Positions 57,834 to 64,000 of a stretch of 64,000 nt of DNA are shown in pieces. The stretch spans positions 12,878 through 76,877 of the forward strand of contig JAUIFY010000001.1 in assembly GCA_030430245.1 (NCBI GenBank), read 5' to 3'. Made by a program: the position numbers and the translations under genes. Origin of the DNA: a bacterium (GTDB taxonomy: Bacteria > Desulfobacterota > Binatia > UBA12015). The notes below the pieces were generated by a model, which saw only the letters and a program-made list of their open reading frames with translations, had not been told where the DNA came from and ran no database searches. Position 1 is the stretch's first letter; the number at the start of each line of letters is the position of its first letter.

Positions 57834-58886
57834 TCAGTTGCAGCTGGGCTCGTTCGCGCCGCCGAAATCCATGACCCAGTAGTGGCCGAACGGTCCGCCG
57901 CACGCGTGGCCGATGCCGGCGACCGTGTAGTTCGAGCTTCCCATGATGAAGTCGTGGCCGGGCGAGTTCAGCCACTGGTCGAGGATGCCCTGAGCCGTCG
58001 CGTCCGATGCGGCGATGATCTCTCCCATCCACGTGAGAGGCCCGCAGCCGGCCGTGTACCCGGCCTCGCACGCGCGTTCCCAGAACTCGGTGCCGCCCGG
58101 TCCGACGTGGGCGTAGTATCCGCGGTTGCGCATGTCGTTCGCGTGGTCCTGGGCGCTGCGGTTCAGTGCCGAGCAGGTCGTGACCGGCGGCTCTCCCTGA
58201 GACGCGCGGTACGCGTTCACGAGATCGAAGAGCTGTTGCTCGACCGCCGCGAGCCCGTGGGTCGGCGTGCCGTTGCCGGTGCATGACGTTCCGCCATCGT
58301 CGCTCCCGCCCGGAGTGCAGCCGGGGACGTCGACGTGGACGCATCCGTCGCTAGACTCACACCAGTCGATCGTACATGGATCGGCGTCGTCGCACTCCAC
58401 GTCCTCCCAGCACGTCGGACCGGACGCGTTGGCACAGGCATCGAGGCACGTGTCGGTCTCGCCCAGTTCGGCGAACTTGTTCGGCGTCTCCGCGCAGAGC
58501 TCCTCGGTCCTACGCGCCTTGCACGACTGCTTGCCCTTTCGTGTCGTGTAGCAGCACGTCGTCCACTCCGGCGGTCTCGAGCACGTCGACTTCTTCGCAC
58601 CCGACAGGAGCGTCGACCGGCACTTCGCTCGGATCGTCTCGTCGACGACGGCCTGCGTGGCGACCGTGCGCGCACAGGAGACGAAGCTGCGGAACTCCGG
58701 CTTCCACGACTCGGTGCGCGCGGGGCTGCACCCGCAGGTCGCCTCGAGCCGCTGCCACGCGGTCGCCAGATCCGCCTCGTCGCCGGCGACGGTGCCGCAC
58801 TTCTCGGCCGCGGCCACCGGCAGAACCGACGCGAGCAGAAGGCCGAGCGCGCACGCCGACCGTCGATACCTCCGCACCCCTTTCAT
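57834..58886 (-). CDS. Secreted CAP (SCP) domain protein with Cys-rich N-terminus
   Basis: Signal peptide; CDDADPCTIDWC repeat; LVNAYR, AQDHANDM, GEIIA, WLNSPGH, YWVMDFG. Confidence 0.88.
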   Translation of the reverse strand: MKGVRRYRRSACALGLLLASVLPVAAAEKCGTVAGDEADLATAWQRLEATCGCSPARTESWKPEFRSFVSCARTVATQAVVDETIRAKCRSTLLSGAKKSTCSRPPEWTTCCYTTRKGKQSCKARRTEELCAETPNKFAELGETDTCLDACANASGPTCWEDVECDDADPCTIDWCESSDGCVHVDVPGCTPGGSDDGGTSCTGNGTPTHGLAAVEQQLFDLVNAYRASQGEPPVTTCSALNRSAQDHANDMRNRGYYAHVGPGGTEFWERACEAGYTAGCGPLTWMGEIIAASDATAQGILDQWLNSPGHDFIMGSSNYTVAGIGHACGGPFGHYWVMDFGGANEPSCN

Positions 58887-59042
58887 GCACCCATCTCTAC
58901 CTCGGCGACCAGGCCGAGTGTCGGGATCAGAGGATAGGGAATGGCACGGCCTCGGGAAAGTGATTTTCGGTGCGAACCGCAGCGATCTTCGGGAAGACTG
59001 GGGGTCGGCGGTGGCGTTCGATACGATCTCCGTCGGATCGTG

Positions 59043-60497
59043 ATGGAGCGAGCGGACGAGACCTTCGATGCCGTCGTCGTCGGGAGCGGCCCGAACGGGC
59101 TCGCGGCGGCGGTGGAGCTGGCGCGAGCCGGAGCTTCGGTGCTGGTCCTCGAGGGCGCCGGCACGATCGGCGGGGGGACGCGGACCGCCGAGCTCACGCT
59201 TCCCGGGTTCCGGCACGACGTGTGCTCCGGGGTGCACACGATGGGCATCGTGTCTCCTTTCTTCCGCGAGCTTCCGCTCGAGGATCACGGGCTCGTCTGG
59301 CTCCAGGGGGGAGCCTCGGTCGCCCATCCTCTCGACGATGGTCCCGCCGTGATGCTCTGGCGCTCGTTGGAGCAGACCGCCGAGCAGCTCGGTCGAGACG
59401 CGCGGGCGTATCGGCGACTCGTGGAGCCGTTCCTTCGCGACCCGCACGCGCTGTTGCGCGACGGACTGGGGCCGCTTCGATGGCCGTCGCGTCCGTTGCA
59501 GTTCGCCCGATTCGGGATGACCGGGTTCTGGCCGTCGACCTGGCTGGGCAGCGTCGTCTTCCGTGAGGCGCCGGCCCGCGCGCTTCTCGCCGGTTGTGCG
59601 GCCCATTCGATCCTGCCGCTCAGCCACCTTCTCACGTCGGCGATGGCGCTGATGTTCCTCGTCGTCGGACACGTCGAGCCGTGGCCGGTGGCGCGCGGCG
59701 GCTCGGCGGCCATCACCGACGCTCTCGCGAGCTATCTCCGGTCGCTCGGAGGAGTCGTTCGCACGGGGCGTTGGGTGCGTTCGGCCGCCGATCTCCCGCC
59801 GGCCCGCGCTTATCTCTTCGACACCGATCCGCACCAGCTCGCCCGGATCGTGGGCGACGCACTGCCGGCCGGCTACCGCCGACGACTCGAGCGCTATCGA
59901 ATGGGGCCGGGCGTCTTCAAGGTCGACTGGGCGCTCGACGGGCCCATCCCCTGGAAGGACGCGACCTGCCTCGAGGCGTCGACGGTTCACGTCAGTGGCA
60001 CGATGGAGGAGACGGCGGCCAGCGAGGCCGCGATGTTCCGAGGTCGGGAGCCCGAGCGCCCGTTCTTGATCGTCCTCCAACAGAGCCAGATCGATGCGAC
60101 GCGGGCTCCCGACGGGAGGCACACGGGATACGCGTACTGCCACGTTCCGAGTGGATCGACGTTCGACATGACCGACCGCATCGAGGCCCAGATCGAGCGC
60201 TTCGCCCCTGGCTTTCGCGAACGGATTCTCGCGCGGCACGGCACGTCGACCGCGGAGCTCGAGCGGGAGAACCCGAACTACGTCGGAGGAGCCATCACGG
60301 GCGGAATGGCCGACGTCACGCAGTTCTTCACGCGCCCGGTCGTTCGCGCCGACCCCTACGCCACGCCGCATCCGCGCGTCTTCCTCTGCTCCGGTTCGAC
60401 GCCCCCGGGCGGGGGCGTGCACGGGATGTGCGGCCATCACGCGGCGCGGAGCGTGCTGCGTCGGCTCGAGCGTGCCGAGCTCGCGCCCCTGGCCTGA
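59043..60497 (+). CDS. Phytoene desaturase-family FAD-dependent oxidoreductase
   Basis: GSGPNGL, GGGTRT.ELTLPGFRHDVCS, ENPNYVGG, STPPGGGVHGMCG. Confidence 0.92.
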   Translation: MERADETFDAVVVGSGPNGLAAAVELARAGASVLVLEGAGTIGGGTRTAELTLPGFRHDVCSGVHTMGIVSPFFRELPLEDHGLVWLQGGASVAHPLDDGPAVMLWRSLEQTAEQLGRDARAYRRLVEPFLRDPHALLRDGLGPLRWPSRPLQFARFGMTGFWPSTWLGSVVFREAPARALLAGCAAHSILPLSHLLTSAMALMFLVVGHVEPWPVARGGSAAITDALASYLRSLGGVVRTGRWVRSAADLPPARAYLFDTDPHQLARIVGDALPAGYRRRLERYRMGPGVFKVDWALDGPIPWKDATCLEASTVHVSGTMEETAASEAAMFRGREPERPFLIVLQQSQIDATRAPDGRHTGYAYCHVPSGSTFDMTDRIEAQIERFAPGFRERILARHGTSTAELERENPNYVGGAITGGMADVTQFFTRPVVRADPYATPHPRVFLCSGSTPPGGGVHGMCGHHAARSVLRRLERAELAPLA

Positions 60498-60545
60498 CGC
60501 GGGTCGCGCTTGCCAACACGGCGCGGACCCAGGAGAGAGACCTGC

Positions 60546-61751
60546 ATGAACATCACACTCGAAGAAGGCGCGGCGCCGTCCGGGCCGCTCGCGGGAGTCC
60601 GGGTTCTGGACCTCTCGGCCGTCGTCTCGGGGCCGCTCTGCGGCCAGGTGCTCGGTGACCTGGGCGCGGACGTCGTCAAGGTCGAGGCGCCGACCGGGGA
60701 CGCCACGCGACGCCTCGGCCTCCCCGACGTCTGCGGCTTCACCGGCTGGTACCTCAACTTCAATCGGAACAAGCGGGGGATCTCGGTCGATCTCAAGACG
60801 GAGGCAGGCGTGGAGGTCGTGCGCAGGCTCGCCCGCGAGGCCGACGTCGTTCTCGAGAACTTCCGCCCGGGCGTCGCCGACCGGTTGGGGGTCGGGTACG
60901 AGTCCCTCGCCGCCGAGAACCCCGCTCTGATCTACGTCGCGATCAGCGGCTTCGGCCCCGACGGCCCCTATCGGGACCGGCCGGCGTACGACTCGGTGAT
61001 CCAGGGCTACGCCGGGTTCATGCCGACCCAGGGGGGAGGGAGCGAGCCGGCTCTGGTGCGCTCGATCGCCGCGGACAAGGTGAGCGGAATGACGGCGACG
61101 TACGCGGTTCTCGCCGCCCTCTTCGCCCGCGAGAAGAACGGAGGGCGGGGGCAGCGGATCGACATCCCCATGCTCGACAGCTGGGTGGCCTACATCCTGC
61201 CCGACGTGTTCCTCGACCGCGCCTACGCCGATCGGCCCGAGCCCGGCCCCGCGCCGAACATTCACCGGACGTGGGCGACCAAGGACGGCCACATCGTGAT
61301 GATGCTCATCGAGGATCACCAGTTTCACGCGATGTGCCGCGTGCTGGACCGCGAGGACATGATCGAGGATCCGCGGTGCAGGACGATCCTCGATCGCTTC
61401 GCCAACGCCGAGACGCTGTTCAAGGAGGTGGAGGACGAGCTGAAGAAGTGGACGACCCGGGAGCTCGTCGATCGTGCCGATCGGTTCGGGGCCCCGATCG
61501 CCCCCGCGAACGACATCAAGGATCTGATGGCGGACCCCCAGGCGCGCCACGCGAAGATCGTCGTCGACGTCGCGCACGACGAGGCGGGCAATCTGCGATA
61601 CCTGCGGAGCCCGGCCCGCTTCTCCGAGACGCCGACCTCGTTTCGGGCGCACCCCCCGAAGCTGGGGGAGCACAACGAGACGGTCCTGCGCGAAGCCGGC
61701 TACTCCGACGATGAGATCCGTGGCCTTCGCGAGGCGGGCGCGATCGGCTAG
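60546..61751 (+). CDS. Family III CoA-transferase (CaiB/BaiF)
   Basis: GPLAGVRVLDL, GADVVKVE, NRNKR, ENFRPG, SGFG, P.LGEH. Confidence 0.95.
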   Translation: MNITLEEGAAPSGPLAGVRVLDLSAVVSGPLCGQVLGDLGADVVKVEAPTGDATRRLGLPDVCGFTGWYLNFNRNKRGISVDLKTEAGVEVVRRLAREADVVLENFRPGVADRLGVGYESLAAENPALIYVAISGFGPDGPYRDRPAYDSVIQGYAGFMPTQGGGSEPALVRSIAADKVSGMTATYAVLAALFAREKNGGRGQRIDIPMLDSWVAYILPDVFLDRAYADRPEPGPAPNIHRTWATKDGHIVMMLIEDHQFHAMCRVLDREDMIEDPRCRTILDRFANAETLFKEVEDELKKWTTRELVDRADRFGAPIAPANDIKDLMADPQARHAKIVVDVAHDEAGNLRYLRSPARFSETPTSFRAHPPKLGEHNETVLREAGYSDDEIRGLREAGAIG

Positions 61752-61766
61752 CGTCCGAGGCCCGCT

Positions 61767-62651
61767 CTACTTTGGTTTGCGCGGGCGCTCGCCGTAGTCG
61801 CCCCACGGCGCGTCGCGCTCGCGGATGACTTCGCGGAACCCCTTCTCGCGAAACGACTCGGCCCAGCGAAGTGCGTCCTCGGTGTGCCGCGTCACGCCGT
61901 CGAAGAGGGTGCCGAGGAGCTGGGTGGTGCGCAAACCCATGTTTTCGTAGGCCTGGTTGATCAGGAGCTTGTTCAACGCGAGCTGGTTCGCCGGGATGTG
62001 CTGGAACCGTGCCGCGTACTCCTCGACTCGCGTCGCCAGCTCGGCGGCGGGGAAGGCGCGCGACACCAGGCCGATCCGTACCGCGGTCGGGGCGTCGATC
62101 GCCTCGCCGGTGAGCAGGAACTGCTTGGCGTGCTCCAGGCCGAGGCGGTAGACCCAGATCATCGTCGTCGGCGTGCCGAAGACACGCGACGGCGCGTAGC
62201 CGATGTAGGCGTCGTCGGCCATGAAGAGCTGATCGCAGCACAGGACGAGATCCGTCGCGCCTCCGACGGCGAAGCCGTGGATCTGTCCGATCACCGGCTT
62301 CGGGCAGTGCCAGACCTTCATGAAGCGCTGCACGTTCTTGTTCATGAATTGATAGTCGCGCACCGGGTCCCAGGCGCCCTCGCGAGGCTCCGGTCCCGGT
62401 GCGTCGAACGGGCTCGACCAGCCGCCGCGGCCCATCGCGACGAGGTCGTAGCCCGCGGTGAACACCCGGCCTTCGCCGCGCAGCACGATCGCTCGGACGT
62501 TCCTCGACGCAGTGGCCTCGTCGATGCCGTCCGCGACCCCCTGCACGACGGCCTCGGTCAGGGTGTTGAGCTTCTCCGGGCGGTTGAGGGTGATGATCGC
62601 GATCGAGTCGCGCTCTTCGTAGCGGACCGTGTTCTCTTCCGAGGTCGACAT
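61767..62651 (-). CDS. Crotonase/enoyl-CoA hydratase family protein
   Basis: ITLNRPEKLN, FTAGYDL, PKPVIGQIHGFAVGG, LTGE. Confidence 0.93.
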   Translation of the reverse strand: MSTSEENTVRYEERDSIAIITLNRPEKLNTLTEAVVQGVADGIDEATASRNVRAIVLRGEGRVFTAGYDLVAMGRGGWSSPFDAPGPEPREGAWDPVRDYQFMNKNVQRFMKVWHCPKPVIGQIHGFAVGGATDLVLCCDQLFMADDAYIGYAPSRVFGTPTTMIWVYRLGLEHAKQFLLTGEAIDAPTAVRIGLVSRAFPAAELATRVEEYAARFQHIPANQLALNKLLINQAYENMGLRTTQLLGTLFDGVTRHTEDALRWAESFREKGFREVIRERDAPWGDYGERPRKPK

Positions 62652-62722
62652 GGGGTCTGTGGTAGCAGCCTCGGCCGGCGTCTTGACAGCCCCGAAGCCG
62701 TGGGGAATGGAATCCCGCCGTG

Positions 62723-63160
62723 ATGCACATTCGTGACTGCAGGCTGATTCCGGCCGGGCTCGTCTCGGTTCTCTGTCTTCTCGTCGCCGCCGGATGCACC
62801 TCGTCCGACGCGCCCGCACCGTCGGCCGACACCCCCGGCGAAGCTCCGCTGGCCGAGGCTCCTCCCGCGGCCGAGGGGGGCGCGCCACCGCTCGTCGTGA
62901 CCGAGCTGTTCGTCGACGTGGAGGCGGAGCCGGACGAAGGCTCTCCGCCCCTCTCGGTCCAGTTCACCGCGATCGTCGAAGACAATACCGGCGCCGTCGA
63001 ATGCGAGTGGGATTTCGGGGATGGCTCGCCGAAGAAGAAGGGCACGAGCCCGATGCACGTCTACTCGACGGTCGAGGACTACGAGATCATCGTTCGGTGC
63101 AGGGACGAGGCGGGCGTCGAGGGTGAGGGCGAGATCGACGTCTTCGTCGAGGAGGAGTAG
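62723..63160 (+). CDS. PKD-domain lipoprotein
   Basis: VAAGC lipobox, Pro/Ala linker, PLSVQFTA, WDFGDG, HVY. Confidence 0.85.
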   Translation: MHIRDCRLIPAGLVSVLCLLVAAGCTSSDAPAPSADTPGEAPLAEAPPAAEGGAPPLVVTELFVDVEAEPDEGSPPLSVQFTAIVEDNTGAVECEWDFGDGSPKKKGTSPMHVYSTVEDYEIIVRCRDEAGVEGEGEIDVFVEEE

Positions 63161-63166
63161 GGGACG

Positions 63167-63547
63167 CTACGTGTCCTCGCGCGTGTACCACCACGCCCAC
63201 ACGCCGAAGAGGAGCTGGAACGGCAGACGGACCCAGTTGACGACCGGGTTGCCGGTGCCCGGTCCCTCGGGCCCCACGTTCTCGAGCATCATGTAGACGT
63301 TCGCCGGGTACACGGCGATCAGCAGCGCGATCGTTCCCCATGCCGCGAGTACGCGCGTCTTGGGCTCGAGCAGGTAGACGCCGAGCACGATCTCGATGAG
63401 CCCGGAGATCACGTTCAGCCACTCGGGATTCGGGAGCTCGGGCGGGATGATCGCGACGAAGAAGCCCGGGTTGATCAGGTGGAGAAAGCCCGTGAGGCAC
63501 AGCTGGAAGGAGAGGAGGTAGAGGAGGGGCTTCTTGAATCTCGCCAT
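63167..63547 (-). CDS. DoxX-family membrane protein
   Basis: GFLHLINP..F..IIP, SGLIEIVLG, VYPANVYM, RLPFQ; RBS GGAGAGGAG. Confidence 0.88.
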   Translation of the reverse strand: MARFKKPLLYLLSFQLCLTGFLHLINPGFFVAIIPPELPNPEWLNVISGLIEIVLGVYLLEPKTRVLAAWGTIALLIAVYPANVYMMLENVGPEGPGTGNPVVNWVRLPFQLLFGVWAWWYTREDT

Positions 63548-63594
63548 CGGGCGAGTGTGCTCCTCTCCGTCCTCGATTCCAAGCGCGATTCGAC

Positions 63595-63999
63595 TCAGCG
63601 GCTCGGGTCCATGAGCTGGGCGCCGAGCCACGCCCCGACGAGAATGCAGCTGGGGCCTCGGTGGTGCAGGCCATCGTACTTGGGGAAGCTCGGAAACTCG
63701 AAGTCGACGAGCTTCTCCGCCCGCATCGCCGCGGTCAACCGATCGTTCCAGGCGGCGTATCGGTCGATCAGTCCCGGCGAGATCTCGTCGATGGTGCGAT
63801 TCTTGGGATCGACCTCGTGCGGTGCCGTGACCCAGGTCGTGGCTGGCGCGAAGCGCGCGGCGATCTCGCGGATCCGCTCGATGGTGGCTCTCGGGTCGTC
63901 GCCCTCGAAGTCGTTGATGCCGAGTGTGATGACCACGGCATCGATCCGGGGGTGTCTTCGCTTCACGCGACGCACGTGGGTGCGGAGCCACTGGCTCGT
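63595..63999 (-). CDS. SGNH/GDSL hydrolase (5' part outside the window)
   Basis: LGIND block III and DGLH block V; frame is open to the window edge. Confidence 0.75.
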   Translation of the reverse strand, partial: TSQWLRTHVRRVKRRHPRIDAVVITLGINDFEGDDPRATIERIREIAARFAPATTWVTAPHEVDPKNRTIDEISPGLIDRYAAWNDRLTAAMRAEKLVDFEFPSFPKYDGLHHRGPSCILVGAWLGAQLMDPSR

Positions 64000-64000
64000 G

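Noticed and set aside
58887..61673. N-terminal extension of the 1279-aa minus ORF
   Set aside because: Shadow of the oxidoreductase and CoA-transferase genes; the CAP protein has its own signal peptide from 58886
1..64000. CRISPR arrays, tRNA/rRNA, IS elements, integrases, phage or defence islands
   Set aside because: No repeat-spacer pattern, structural RNA signature, transposase/integrase motif or obvious compositional break seen by eye; the SWIM-SNF2 gene has no defence-type neighbours

Overview
This is a GC-rich, gene-dense bacterial chromosomal segment with about 55 CDS. I saw no rRNA, tRNA, CRISPR array or mobile element. Gene content (Cys-rich secreted proteins, many lipid/aromatic catabolic enzymes) suggests a Myxococcota/Binatia-like organism, which is an inference. 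Most of the window is catabolic: acyl-CoA dehydrogenase pairs, SDRs, a P450, a Rieske oxygenase, a Baeyer-Villiger monooxygenase, a frameshifted MhpA-like hydroxylase, a CoA-transferase and a crotonase. It also carries mscL, an MBOAT/SGNH acylation pair, a SWIM-SNF2 helicase, a sulfatase and trmO. Two loci stand out. (1) At 46.9-52.8 kb, a divergent cluster of exported proteins: an atypical di-heme bCcP/MauG-superfamily enzyme (no bridging Trp, Tyr at the Met-ligand position) translationally coupled to a large cryptic L,D-transpeptidase (YkuD)-like protein, followed by a SYLF protein, and opposite a Cys-rich protein with a cryptic SleB/Hydrolase_2-like motif set. This is a candidate undescribed redox-linked cell-wall remodelling system. 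(2) At 24.1-33.3 kb, a five-gene circularly permuted ATP-grasp/alpha-E/transglutaminase operon with two sigma54-type promoters, NtrC-like upstream sites, a structured leader, and a second ATP-grasp/alpha-E module whose motifs are degenerate. All family calls come from motif recognition by eye; no database searches were run.
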